Shown here: one piece after another, positions 1-12,355 of the stretch
Position numbering within the stretch: position 1 is the first letter of the stretch
Layout of the letters: every line of letters starts with the position of its first letter
Assembly (NCBI RefSeq): GCF_009914755.1
Contig: NC_060928.1
Source: the human T2T-CHM13v2.0 reference genome, Homo sapiens
Strand: one strand, 5' to 3'
Length of the DNA: 64,000 nucleotides
Notes under the pieces: generated by a model
What the model was told of the DNA's origin: nothing
Database searches by the model: none
The model's input: the letters and a program-made list of their open reading frames with translations, nothing else
Made by a program: the position numbers and the translations under genes

Positions 1-330
1 ACGTCTTTCCATTCATCCTTCCATTCTCCCAGGCATTCAACTACTATCCATGCATCCATCTATCCATTCAGTTACCCATCCATCCATTCATCTATCCATC
101 CACCATCCATCTATTCATTCACCATCCATCAATCTATCCATCCATTCACCTATCCATCTATCTACCCATCAATTCATCCACTATCCACCCACCCATCTAT
201 CCATCCATCCATCTACCCATCCATCTATCCATCCACCATCTATCTATTCATTCATTCACCGTCCATCCATCCATCCATCCATCCATCTACTTATCTACCC
301 ATCTGTCTACCCATGCACCTATGTATCATG
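1..330. repeat. Degenerate (CCAT/TCCA)n tetranucleotide low-complexity repeat
   Basis: Continuous ccatccat/ctatccat/cattcat units; the His/Pro/Ser/Ile ORF 50-331 is a by-product. Confidence 0.9.
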
Positions 331-769
331 AAGCTGCAGTGGTTGCACATCCACCTGGGCTTGACAACAGGGACTCTTGTCTGAAGGGTCAGAGCCAGGA
401 TCTTGATCAAGACAAAGGATTTCATCTCATACCATCTGCACGCTGTAGGTGCCATGGGTGGGTGGCCCTTAGAGAAGGGTATTTTCTTTCAAAGCACTAA
501 TGAAATGGGCCTGTGCATGATCAACTTCTGAATGCTTATTCAGTGGCAGAGCCATCTGGGAGAATTTGGCCCTGAGGGCAAGAGGGGGGATCAGCCTTGG
601 GGAGACAGGTACCCCCAGCACCTTGGCAGCAATGCCACTTTCACAGACGCATAGTGTAGCCTGAGGGAGCTTCACAAGTAGCAAGCTGGATGAGGCCACC
701 CCTTTTAGGGATCTCCTAAAAGGTTGCCCAGGGCCTCTCTCCAGCCTCGTGCCACACCCGCTCCTCCTC

Positions 770-1060
770 CAGGCTCAGACCCACCCTAGGGCCTTTGCAC
801 ATGTTGTTCCCATGGCCTGGGATGCTCTTTCTTCTCCTGCTCATCCTCCCATTCTCGCTGAAAGCCCCTTTGTCAGGGTCCAGGTCCCCAGGGATGCCCC
901 AGCCAGCGCCATCACAGCTGTGGTTTCACTCTGACGTGATCTGCTCAGGTCCGCCTCTGCCTCTCCACTAGAGGGTCTGCTCTGCACAGCATCTAGGGGC
1001 TGCATGCGATCACCCCCATTCCCACTACCTGGCCCATAATAGATGCTCAGTAAATAGGTT
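770..1060 (+). mobile_element. L2 LINE 3' fragment
   Basis: gggcctttgcacatgttgttccc...gggatgctctt and cctggcccataatagatgctcagtaaata resemble the L2 3' end; boundaries approximate. Confidence 0.55.
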
Positions 1061-1591
1061 TCTCATGAACGCAGTGATTAGTCACGAATCGCCCAATCCA
1101 GGTCTCTCAAGGGAACAGGGAGACGGAGCCCAGGAGGAGGGGTGTGTGTGCCCATGGTTACGGCCACACTGTGAGCCAGTGGCGAGGTGGAGGCAGGACC
1201 CCAGGCCCTCTTGGGCACTCTGTCCTCCACCTTTCTCAGCAAGACCGTGAAATTGAAACTGGCTGCTTAAACAGCCCCTCTGCAGCACTAACGGTGGCTG
1301 TTACTGTTACTGTGAGTAATATGATCAGACCACGGAGATGCCAGCGCCTCCGAAGCACATCCTGCCACCATCAGTCCTTCTTCCTCTGAGCCTCAGTGTT
1401 CTCATCTCTAAAATGGGGCTGTAACAGCAATCAGGTGGAGTCAGGAGGTGACTGGGAGTTAGCAAGTAGAGTCCTAGGGGTGGGAAGCCAAGTGCCACCT
1501 CTGGGTGGCAAGCACGTCCCTCCCCAGACTATGGGGCCCCATCCCTTGCCACCTGTCTGAAGCGGACCCTGACCCTCTCTTGTCAATCCAG

Positions 1592-1763
1592 GTACCGGAA
1601 AGTGGTGTCCAACGTGTGTGAGGGTGGGGTGGACATGCAGCAGAGTCAGGTGCAGCTGCAGTGCCCCCTCACGCCGCCCCGGGGCCTGCAGGTCAGCATT
1701 CAAGGCGAGGCGGTGGCCGTGCGGCCTGGAGAGGACGTCCTGTTTGTGGTGCGGCAGGAGCAG
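1592..1763 (+). CDS. SORCS2: SORCS2 coding exon (probably exon 18): YRKVVSNVCEGGVDMQQSQVQLQCPLTPPRGLQVSIQGEAVAVRPGEDVLFVVRQEQ
   Basis: tccag| acceptor, |gtgagt donor; 172 nt; YRKVVSNVCEGG is the VPS10-family 10CC end motif; phase 0 into the next exon. Confidence 0.95.
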
Positions 1764-3799
1764 GTGAGTGAGCACCTCCCAGCAGGCTCCTGGGACTGTC
1801 GGGCAGGGGCGGCTCCAACTGGGCACGCAGAAGGCACGGTGAGGGTGTCTCCTCCACCTAGAAGTGGCTCAGGGCATCGTCATCAGCCAGCCTGTCCAGA
1901 CTGAAGGAGGCAGCAGGGGGCTGGAAATCCGCTTCCCGAGTCGAGACCAGCATTTAACAATGAAAGAGACATGAAGGAGAATAGAGTAGGACGTAGGGGG
2001 TATTAGGGTCCCCGCAGAGCAGAAGGAGACGTGGTTTCACACATCGGGTGGGGGAGGGTGTAGTTACTGGCCTTGGTATAAAATGTATTCATTCCCGTGG
2101 GTGGTAATACATTTTTAAAGCCTGTAATTATATTGATTTAGTTAATTTGGGATCTTATGAAAAACAGAAAGTTAAAAACGCTATTACTTATAATTACACA
2201 ACCAAAAATAAATCCTGTGTGTGCATGGACAGATACAGATATAAATACTCACACAAACACAGATAGAAATTTCCTCCCAGCCTCCCAGGCTTGCTTTTTT
2301 TGCTTTAGAACAAGTGTTATATTTTCTTCTGACGTTAAAAATAATGAATGTTCATTGTAGAACATTTGGAAAACACACACAAAATATCAAGAGTATAAAT
2401 ATGTCTCAAAAAGCCCCCCAGTCCTCCGTGGTAACAACTGTTAGTTTTTTGTATTTCCTTCTAGTCCTTTTAAATTAATTTGTAACATGCTTATTTTTCT
2501 GATTGTTGAATAAACTAATGCTCATTGTAGCAAATTCAAAAACAAAACCTAGAAAAACTTACAAGCATTGCAGAAAATTCGAGATGACAGAAAAGGGCAA
2601 AAGAGGGTTCGATGCATGCGTGTCGCACCCGGAGGGTGAGCGCCTAGGACCCTGGGCTCTCTCCCGGCACGCAGCTTTCCTGGACATTTGGCTCTCCGGT
2701 GAACAGTACGGGAGATGCAGCTAGTGCGGCTTCACAGTGATGTGTGTCCTGTTTAAATGTCCTTCAAAATATGGTGCCAAGGTGGGGTGGGATGTTGGTG
2801 ACAAAGGTCTTTGGAGTTGGAAAGCAGGGAGCCTGGTCTAAGGCAAACATGGAAACTGAGGCCCAAGACGACGCAGAGCAGTGCTTGCCCAGCGCCTCCG
2901 TGGCGGGCGCTGTGCACGAGCCACTGCCTGTACTCCTGGCCCCACCTCAAGTGGCGTCCTCTTGCCAACCTGCTTTATAGCTGGGGAAACTGAGGCTCGG
3001 ACAGAGAAGTCACTCTCCCAAGGCCACACGGGAATGAGTGGCAGGGCTGGCATTGGGGTCCCTGGCCCCTAGACTCTACGTGGACAGAGACTGAGTCTGG
3101 GGCCCCTAGACCTGAGCCGTTCCCTGGTGCAGGCTGCTGACGGAGATGGGGCCTAGGACCCACACTCCTTGGAGCCAGGGGCAGCCCTGGGGCGCCTCTG
3201 TTCGCAGCAGCATCTTGGGGCGGCAGGAGGACAGAGCCGCTGCCCCGCCTGTCCCGCTTGGACCCTCAGAGTAGACCCCGCTGCGGCTGCCCGTCCGGGG
3301 CCGACTTCCAGGAAAAAAATGGCCCTCTGCTGCCCCCTAGAGCCTGGCGTCTCGGCAGTGCAGTCGCATCTGCGGAGTGTCTCTATGGGAGCCAGTCTAC
3401 CACCGCCCAGGGGGCCGGGACCCTTGCTGGGCCTGCTCTGCTGGCAGGAGCTGGAGTTGGCGGAAGTGAAGAGAGTGATCAAAAGATGCTCTTGGTGGGG
3501 AGAGTCAACCCCCACCCCACTGTGCACCTACTGTCGGGAAGAGGCCACCCGCTACGCTAGGGAAGCTGGTGGGAGTGTAGGATCCAGGTCCGAGGCACAC
3601 ACTCACTGGTACACACGCTCACACATACACACAAACACACAGACACACACATGCTTACACGCTCATGTATTCACTCTCAAACTCGCAGATTTGTACACAC
3701 TCACACACTGTCTCACACACACAGGCCAACCTATCTTGCAAACAGCACTGGGTTTAGGGGAGTCTAAGTTTTGTAAATATCTTAAGAATTAAAAATAAG

Positions 3800-5480
3800 G
3801 TCTGATAGAGGCCCCAGGAATAAACCCATATAAATATGGCCGAGGGATGTTTGACGTCGGTGCCAAAACAACTCACTGAGGGGAGGGCTTATTCATGCAA
3901 TAAAAATGAACCTCAACCTAAACCTCACACCCGATAGAAAAATGAGCTCAAAATTGCCTAGATTTAAATGTCGCATGTAAAAATCATAAACCTTTTAGAA
4001 AAACCACAGGAGAGAATATCTAGGGCTAGGAGAGGAGTCCTCAGACTTCACACTGAAAGCCAGTCAAAAGGAAAGTTGATAAATTGGGCTTCATCAGGAT
4101 CAGCCACTTTCGCTCTGTGAAACACCCATGTTAAGAAGATGAAAGGCAAGCTACAGAGTGAGAGAAAGTATTTGCAAACCACATATCCAACAAGGACCAG
4201 TACCTAGACTAGAGGAAGAACACTCAACAGCAAGGAAACAAACCGTCCAGTTAGGAAATGAGCAGAACTGAAAAGACGTTTCACCAGGAGAATGGACAAA
4301 TGACAGGTAAGCACACGAAAAGATGACAAACGCCATCAGCCGCCAGGGAAGCCCACAGCCAGACATCACTGCGCACCTATCAGAATGGCTGACATTAAAA
4401 ATAGCGCCAGCATGAAGTACCGGTGAGGATGCAGGGAAGGACACTGGATCACTTACGCATGGCTGGGGAGACTGGAGAATGCCACAGGTGTTCTGGAAAA
4501 CACTTCAGCAGTTTCTTAACGAACTCAACATGCAACGACCAGAGGACTGAGCACTTGCACTCATGGCGGTCATATCAGAGTAATGAAGACTTCTGTTCAC
4601 ACAAAAACCTGTATGTGTCTGTTCATAGCAGTGTTATTCACAAAGGCCAGAAACTCAAACCGCCCAGGTGCCCTGCAGTGGGTGAATGCACAGGCTGGGG
4701 TGCCCCCATGCTGAGATACCATGCTGCAGTGAGAAGGAATCCATTATTAATACCTGCAGCAGGGCCCAGCACGGTGTCTCACGCCTGTGATCCCAGCAGT
4801 TTGGGAGGCCGAGGTGGGTGGATCAGCTGAGGTCGGGAGTTCGAGACCAGCCTGGCCAACATGACGAAACCCTGTCTCTGCTAAAAAAAACAAAACTTAG
4901 CCAGGTGTGGTGATGCATGCCTGTAATCCCAGCTACTTGGGAGGCTGAGGCTCAAGAATCACTTGAACCTGGGAGTCGGAGGTTGCAGTGAGCCAAGATC
5001 CCACCACTGTACTCCAGCCTGGGCAACAGAGTGAGATCCCGTCTTAAAAAAAAAATAATAGTAATACCTGCTTCAACCTGGATGAGCCTCAAGTGGATTA
5101 TGCCGAGTGAAAAAAGCCACTCCCACATGATCCCCTGCTGTGCCACTCATTCATATAACACTCCTGAAATACAGAAATGGAGAAAGAGAATAGAAATTAT
5201 CAAAGTTATAGAAATGGAGAAAGACTAATGGTTACCATGGAGTTGGGCTAATGTGCGGAAGTGGGTGTGTCTGCAAAGGGCACCCGGTGGGGTCCTAGTG
5301 CTGGCTGAATTGTCCTGTCTCTTTCCTGTATCAGTGTTAACCTCCTAGTCGTGATACTATCATTTGGCAAGATGTTAGCCTTGGGGAGAGCCGGGTACGG
5401 GGCACACAGGGTGGATCTGTATCATTCCGTACAACTACATAGGAGCCTACCATTATCTCAGAAGACAATGTTTAATTTTT
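3800..5480 (+). mobile_element. Old L1M (L1MB/MC-like) 3' fragment interrupted by an Alu
   Basis: L1 3' motifs (gagaaagtatttgcaaaccacatatcc; tggatgagcctcaagtggattatgccgagtgaaaaaagcca); boundaries approximate. Confidence 0.7.
4763..5055 (+). mobile_element. Full-length AluS
   Basis: Both arms, A-rich linker and poly-A tail; taatacctgc repeated on both sides as a partial TSD. Confidence 0.92.
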
Positions 5481-5994
5481 CTTTAAGCACCAGTAATAAT
5501 AATGGATATAAATGAAATATACCAGGATGTGAATGGAGGGTATTATGGTGAGATTTAGTTTTGTTCTTTTTCTTTGCTTTACTATTTGTATTTTATATTA
5601 TTTTCTACCTTGAGAATATACTACTTTTGTGGTCAGGAGAAAAAGACAAGTTATTTTAACCAACTGAAATGTTTAAGAAGTTAAATGTGCATCAGCGCAG
5701 CCCTTGAAGGCAGGAACACAAGGCCCCGAGAGGTGGCGCCTCACCCAGGTTGAGCGGATCACGAGTCCTGACTCTGGGTCACACATGCCTTCTCCTTCCC
5801 AGGATTAGCACAGGAAACACTTCCCTCCGTGGAAGCAGCTCAGACTTGAGCGCTTCCCCTCATTCCCCGCCCCTCCCTGAGAGGCTGCCTTTAAACAGAA
5901 AGAACCACAACCAGCGAGCAGCCTCCTGGGTCCTGGGCTTTGGAGAGCCTCAGTCTTCTAACCTGTCAAATGGGGAGAACGGAGCACCCTGCAG

Positions 5995-6345
5995 CCTCCT
6001 TCCTAGGGACCCCATAACAAATTATCTCATGCCGGGTGGCCTGAACCCACACAAGTCTCCGAAGGAGAATCCATTTGCACCTCCTCCAGCTTCCAGGGCT
6101 CCCGGCACTCCTTGGCCCCTGACAGAGTCACTCCTGCCTTTGCCTTCACCTCCACGCAGCCTCTGTCCGTGCCCAAATCTCCCTCTCCTTTCTCTTACAC
6201 AGATGCCTGTCACTGGATTTAGGGCCCACCCTAATCCAGTATGACCTCATCTTAGCTAATGACACCTGTAAAGACCCTATTTCCAAATGAGGTCACATTC
6301 TGAGGTTCCCGGTAGACGTGAATTTTGGGGAGACACTGACCAGCT
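5995..6345 (-). mobile_element. MLT1-family MaLR LTR fragment
   Basis: ggatttagggcccaccctaatccagtatgacctcatctta...ccctatttccaaatgaggtcacattctgagg matches reverse-orientation MLT1 from recall. Confidence 0.65.
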
Positions 6346-7276
6346 CAATTTACCACATCTGTGGAGAAAGTTAAGTGAACAGAATTTACGTAAAAGTTTT
6401 CTATCAACTTACAACGTTTGGCTGGTATAAACTGAGAAGATGGCTAAGTGGTTAGTAATCACGCTGTTTCCTCCATCATCACTAGGAAACGGTTTCCTCG
6501 TGCCCCTGGTGCCGGCGAGGGAGGAAGAGGGAAGGGGAGGAGAGGAGGAAGGGAGGGAGGGAGAATGTGATCATGAGCCATAAATCGAAGAAGTTCCTGT
6601 TTCCTTCACTCAATCCCCCACCTCTGCGAGGGAAATGCGGTTATTGGAAGGTGGAAGGAGATGGTGGAGCGGCCTCTCTGGGTGACTCGGTGCCACGCGG
6701 GGATGGCAGTTGGTGGGAGCTCCTCTCTGCACTCACCCTGCCCCATCTCAGCGTCACTCCTGGTACCGCATGGTCTGAGAAAGAGAAAATTAAGAACCGC
6801 AGCTTCCCAGAAAGGAAAATCCTGCTTGGTTTCCAGGCAGGCGGCTTAGGCACTTCCAGATGTGTTCCTCTCCCCTGCCGAAACCCTCCTCGCAGTGGGA
6901 GGCCCCTCACCTTCCTGGCTCCATCCCTAGCACGGGCCTCTGTGGGTCTCCCCCGGGCCCTGACTGCCCCCCAGCTGCTCTCTGATGACACCCTTGGGCC
7001 TCTCCCTCTCCCTCTCTGCCGCTGGGTGATTGTTCTGAAATATCCCTTGGCCACAGCCCCTAGTTAAACCAGCTGCCTTGGTCAGCCCCATACTCCAGGA
7101 AGAATCTCCAGGGCAGAACCAGGCCCGGTCTCCTGTGGGTCCCCAGAGCCCACTCATGTCAAGGAAGGGAGGGCGGCAATGAATGAATGAGTGAGTGAGT
7201 GAGTGAGTGAATGAACCACTCTGGCCCCTCAGCTTCAAGGCCCACTCCTGAGTGGCCACATGGTGTTTCTCTGCAG

Positions 7277-7463
7277 GGTGATGTCCTGACTACCAAGTAC
7301 CAGGTAGACCTTGGGGACGGCTTCAAGGCCATGTACGTGAACCTTACACTGACCGGGGAGCCCATCCGGCACCGCTACGAGAGCCCCGGCATCTACCGCG
7401 TGTCCGTCAGGGCAGAGAACACGGCAGGCCACGATGAGGCGGTGCTCTTTGTCCAGGTCAACT
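7277..7463 (+). CDS. SORCS2: SORCS2 coding exon (probably 19), PKD-like domain: GDVLTTKYQVDLGDGFKAMYVNLTLTGEPIRHRYESPGIYRVSVRAENTAGHDEAVLFVQVN
   Basis: ctgcag| and |gtaagt; 187 nt; DLGDG...HRYESPGIYRVSVRAEN is a PKD signature. Confidence 0.96.
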
Positions 7464-7664
7464 GTAAGTTTATTGCCCCTTTGAGGCCAAAGGTCACTCC
7501 CTTTGAGAGAGAGAACCTGGCTTTGGGGGAAACACAGGGAAGCCCCCGGGATTGCTCTAGGCCCCTGGTACTCAGGACGGTGAACCCGAGGGCAGGGAGG
7601 CAGGGAGGCTGGGCTCAAACCCGCACCCCTGATGACCCATACAATAGTAGGGCAGAGCTGGTAG

Positions 7665-8975
7665 CTGGTGGTGATATTGATGATAGTGGTGGTGATGGTG
7701 GTGATGGTGGTGGTGGTGGTGATGGTCGTGGTGGTGGTGGTGATGGTGGTGATGGTGATAGCAGTACTGGTGGTGGTGGTGATGGTACTAATGATGATTA
7801 TAGTGGAGGTGGTAGTGATGATGGTGACGTTGGTGTTGGTGATGGTGATGATGGTGGTGGTGGTGGTGGTGATAATGGTGACAATGGTGGTGGTGGTGGT
7901 GGTGATAGGGTGATGGTGATGATGGTAACAGTAGTGGTAGTAATGGTGATGATGGTGGTGATAGGGTGTTGGTGATGGTGATAGTAGTGGTGGGAATGGA
8001 TGGTGGTGGTGATAATGGTGACAATGGTGGTGGTGATGGTGGTGGTGATGGTGATGGTGGTGATGGTGGTGGTGGTGACAATGGTGGTGGTGATGGTGGT
8101 GATAGGGTGGTGGTGATGGTGATAGTAGTGGTGGGAATGGATGGTGGTGGTGATGGTGATGGTGGTGGTGTTGGTGATGGTGGTGATAGTGCTGGTGAGG
8201 ATGGTGATGGTGGTGATGGTGGTGGTGATGGCAGTGATGATGGTGGAGGTGATGGTGGTAGTTATGGTGATGATGGTGGTAGTGGTGATGGTGGTGGTGT
8301 TGGTGATGGTGGTGATAGTGTTGGTGGGAATGGATGGTGGTAGTAGTGGTGATGGTGGTGGTGGTGGTGATGGTGGTGATGATGGTGGTGGTGGTGACAA
8401 TGATGGTGGTGATAGGGTGGTGGTGATGGTGATAGTAGTGGTGGGAATGGATGGTGGTGGTGATGGTGATGGTGGTGGTGTTGGTGATGATGGTGGTGAT
8501 AGTGCTGGTGAGGATGGTGATGGTGGTGATGGTGGAGGTGATGGTGGTAGTTATGGTGATGATGGTGGTAGTGGTGATGGTGGTGGTGTTGGTGATGGTG
8601 GTGATAGTATTGGTGGGAATGGATGGTGGTAGTAGTGGTGATGGTGGTGGTGTTGGTGATGATGGTGGTGATGGTGCTGGTGAGGATGGTGATGGTGGTG
8701 ATGGTGGTGGTGATGGCAGTGATGATGGTGGAGGTGATGGTGGTAGTGGTGATGGTGGTGGTAGTGGTGATGGTGGTGGTGTTGGTGATGGTGGTGATAG
8801 TATTGGTGGGAATGGATGGTGGTAGTAGTGGTGATGGTGGTGGTGTTGGTGATGGTGGTGATAGTGTTGGTGGGAATGGATGGTGGTAGTAGTGGTGATG
8901 GTGGTGGTGGTGGTGGTGGTGATGATAGTGGTAGTGGTGGTGGTGATGATAGCAATGAAGTTGCTGGTGACAGTG
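7665..8975. repeat. ~1.3 kb (GGT/GAT)n complex VNTR in a SORCS2 intron
   Basis: GGT/GAT/AGT triplets with a recurring gggaatggatgg anchor at 7992, 8133, 8326, 8443, 8615, 8808 and 8872. Confidence 0.95.
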
Positions 8976-9046
8976 ATCACTAAGCAGCCTCTGAAATGCC
9001 CCATGCCCTGATATCATCTAACCCTGGCCTTTTTGGGTCCCCACAG

Positions 9047-9180
9047 CCCCCCTGCAGGCCCTCTACCTGGAGGTGGTTCCTGTCATTGGCCTCAACCAGG
9101 AGGTGAACCTCACAGCTGTGCTGCTTCCCTTGAACCCTAACCTCACCGTCTTCTACTGGTGGATCGGCCACAGCCTGCAG
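9047..9180 (+). CDS. SORCS2: SORCS2 coding exon (probably 20): SPLQALYLEVVPVIGLNQEVNLTAVLLPLNPNLTVFYWWIGHSLQ
   Basis: ccacag| acceptor, |gtgcgc donor; 134 nt; phase matches both neighbours. Confidence 0.93.
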
Positions 9181-10247
9181 GTGCGCTGGCTTTGCCCCAA
9201 CTCAGCCCTTCTTCCCGCAGGCTCCCCACAAGCTGCACAGTGGGGCAGAGCATGGCCCCAGGTTTTCAGCAGAAGGAACCAGTGTAGGGTGCACTCCTCA
9301 CCCTTGGGCCCCTCCTGGGGCAGTTGAGAGGGGCACACCCTCCGTGGGTGCCTTTTCAGGGCCCATCTGCTCAATGGTGCCAGATGAGTCAGACTAGACC
9401 CTGCCTTTTCCCGGGAAAGAGATGGGAACGCAGTGGATTACCTGAGTTGGGGGTGGTAGAAGTCACAGAGGCAGGTAGGTGGGCTGCATGAGAGCTCCCG
9501 GAAAGGAGAGAGCATTTGCAGTGAGAGGCTCAGGGAAGGCTTTACAGAAGAAGAGGTCAAGGGGGCTCAGAAGCCTCCCTCAGAGGCCTGGGTTGTACCC
9601 TGTCTGCAGTGGGGAGCCACAGATAGTTCTTGAGCAGGAGAGAGCCCAAATTAGCAGAATGCCTGGACTGGGGGCAAGACCCAGTGAAGGGCATCCTCCA
9701 CTCATTCAGCAAACAGCCCAGCACCACCAGGCAGGAAGCCCCCTACCAGCAGCTGACGGCCCTGACACAGAGCCCCAGCAAGGGGAGGGCCTGTGGGCTC
9801 TGGATTGTGTTTCTCTAGAATGGGGAGGGTCTGAGAAGGAGCTCAGGGTCTGGGTTCAGGCCTCGGCTCCGCCACTTCCAGCTGAATGCTCCACACATGT
9901 CCCTTCACCTGGCAGAGCCTCTGCCTCCACATCCACACCCATGGGGGTGGCCTCTCCTGTCTCTGCGGCAACATGGCGCCCACCCGGCTGAGTGTGCACC
10001 ATCCCCATGGCTGGGTCCTGAGCTGGGCACTGGCTTGGTGCCATGGATGACAGAGCCATGGCTCATCCACAGCTGCGGTGGCCATGTGTGGAGATGGGAG
10101 ATCACATGGGCAGGGAGTGAAGGCCCAGCCCGGCAGCCACATCAGGCCTCCTAAATGCCCGTGGGGGGCAGGCCTGGGGAGCTGTTGAGAAGGAAGGGGG
10201 TGCTGGGACCTCAAGTTCGTGCTGTGTTGGCTTACAACCAGGTGCCC

Positions 10248-10490
10248 ATGAGATCAGGAGTTTGAGACCAACCTGGCTAACATGGTGAAACCCCGTCTCT
10301 ACTAAAAATACAAAAATTAGCTGGGCATGGGGGTGCATACATGTGTAGGCCCAGCTACATGGGAGGCTGAGGTGGGAGAATACTTGAACCCAGGAGGCAG
10401 AGGTTGCAGTGAGCCAAGATTGCGCCACTGCACTCCAGCCTGGGCAACAGAACAAGACTCTGTCTCAAAATAAAATAAAATAAAATAAAG
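10248..10490 (+). mobile_element. 5'-truncated AluS with (AAAAT)n tail
   Basis: Begins at gagatcaggagtttgagacc; intact right arm; aaaataaaataaaataaaat tail. Confidence 0.9.
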
Positions 10491-10672
10491 AACCGGCTGC
10501 CCGCCCCATGCCTCCCTGGGTGCTGCCACCACAGGATGTCCATAATGGGCCCATTTGCTGATGGGAACAAGGGGACAGCAATGCTCTCAGTGAGGCAGCG
10601 ACCATAGGCCAGCGTCCCCCACGGCCGCTGCCTCACTCGGCCAGGCCCCTAAGCCCTGCTGTGCCCCTGCAG

Positions 10673-10796
10673 CCCCTCCTTTCCCTGGATAATTCTGTGA
10701 CAACGCGGTTTTCGGACACGGGCGACGTGCGTGTGACGGTGCAGGCCGCCTGTGGGAACTCGGTGCTGCAGGACTCCAGGGTCCTCCGTGTGCTGG
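10673..10796 (+). CDS. SORCS2: SORCS2 coding exon (probably 21): PLLSLDNSVTTRFSDTGDVRVTVQAACGNSVLQDSRVLRVL
   Basis: ctgcag| and |gtaagt; 124 nt; frame continuous. Confidence 0.94.
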
Positions 10797-12242
10797 GTAA
10801 GTACTTCCTGGGGTCTGGCAGCACGGCCTCTGCATCTCTGCTGCAGTCCAGGAAGCCAGGCCACATGGGTCGCGTAAGCCATGGATGTCCTGGTCACCCT
10901 GAGTGGCCCTGGGGTGGGGAGGGAGGGGCTGGATAAACAGAGCCCTGCCCTGGCTGTGTGGCCTGGGCAAAGTCTCCCGGTCTCTCTGGCCTCAGTTTCC
11001 CCATCTGTAAAATAAATACTGACAAATCCTGTGTCCCAAGACACTCATGGGACAGAACACACCAGGGACAAGGTCACCCAGCAGCAAGACAGCCAGGTTT
11101 GGGCACTGGCTGTGCCTGCCTCCAGGGCCCCTGTCCTCTTGGCACCTCTGGCCAAGCCTGAGCATTGTCTCATGATGGCAGCTTAAAGAGGACTCCTGTC
11201 TAGAGAAACGGTGAGCCTCCTTTTCTGAATCTGCATCCTCATTTATCTGTGCTCACTGGGGGCTCTTAGTCCCTCGTGGGAGATATATACAATACCAACT
11301 GGTCCTAAGACTGAAGGAGACCCCCCCCCCCCTTGTCAAGGAGGCAGAGCTCATTGCCACCAACATCACAGCAATAAACCCTCATTTTGCTTTAAGAACA
11401 GCCTCTACTGTGGACAGCAGCCATCAGTTAAATATTTAGTTGGACAAGTGTGCGGAGGGTTGGGCTGCCCACACAGGCCCTTCACACCCTGGAGGAGGCT
11501 GCCCTTGGCTATTCTTCATTCATTGTTGGGCTGGGAGCTTTGCAAATGCCATCACCACCCTCATTGTAAGATGTTGGGTTTGCAGTCCTCAAAGCACTTG
11601 TCCCTTGAGCCCGTCAGCCCTGCACAGCCTCCTCCCACTTTACATGTGAGAAAACTGAGGCCTGAGAAGTGGAGAGGTTAAAGTTTATCTCTGGAGCCCC
11701 TGGTGACTTTAGAATTGGGCTTTGAGCCATGGACTATGGGAAATGTGGGAGAAAGAGAAGAAGACAGGGCCTCTGCTCTCAAGGGACTCTTAATCTGGTG
11801 GGAGGACCAGCAAGTTGAAGTCCATGGATCCCTGATGGATGAGAGGCTGACCTCATAGGGTGTGTTCATGCTTGTGAGTCAAGGAGGCAAATCTCACAGA
11901 GCAGGCTTGGTGCACACTAGGCCTCCCTCCTGGGTCAGCGCATCTTTATCATCATCACTGGCATCTTTGTCACTGCTGTTATGAGATGGCAGCCAGTGAC
12001 ATGGGTCCTGCCTGGGACAGACCACCACTGCTGGCATCCAGGGAAGGAGCTGGTTTCCAAACACTAAATCAGGACTGCTGTCGGCCTGCTTGAGAAGACG
12101 ATGGGGCTGCTGGGCCCTGGGATCTGAATCAAAGGCCTCCCGGGACCATCCAGGGCATGTGGCTGCCCCCGACCCCCACCCTGGAGCCGTCAGAGCCAGG
12201 CTGTCCAGAACTGACCAGTCTCCCTTCTCTGCGTCTTTCCAG

Positions 12243-12355
12243 ATCAATTTCAAGTCATGCCTCTGCAGTTTTCCAAGGAGCTGGATGCCTACAACCCCAA
12301 CACCCCTGAGTGGAGGGAAGACGTGGGCCTGGTGGTCACCCGGCTGCTCTCCAAG
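12243..12355 (+). CDS. SORCS2: SORCS2 coding exon (probably 22): DQFQVMPLQFSKELDAYNPNTPEWREDVGLVVTRLLSK
   Basis: Pyrimidine tract plus ttccag|, |gtgtcc donor; 113 nt; NP..PEWR.D is a SorCS-family motif. Confidence 0.94.

Noticed and set aside
50-331. 93-aa His/Pro/Ser ORF
   Set aside because: Artefact of the (CCAT)n repeat.
7235-9004. 589-aa minus-strand His/Thr/Pro-rich ORF and overlapping long ORFs
   Set aside because: These are translations of the (CAC/CAT)n repeat, which lacks stops by composition; there is no gene structure.
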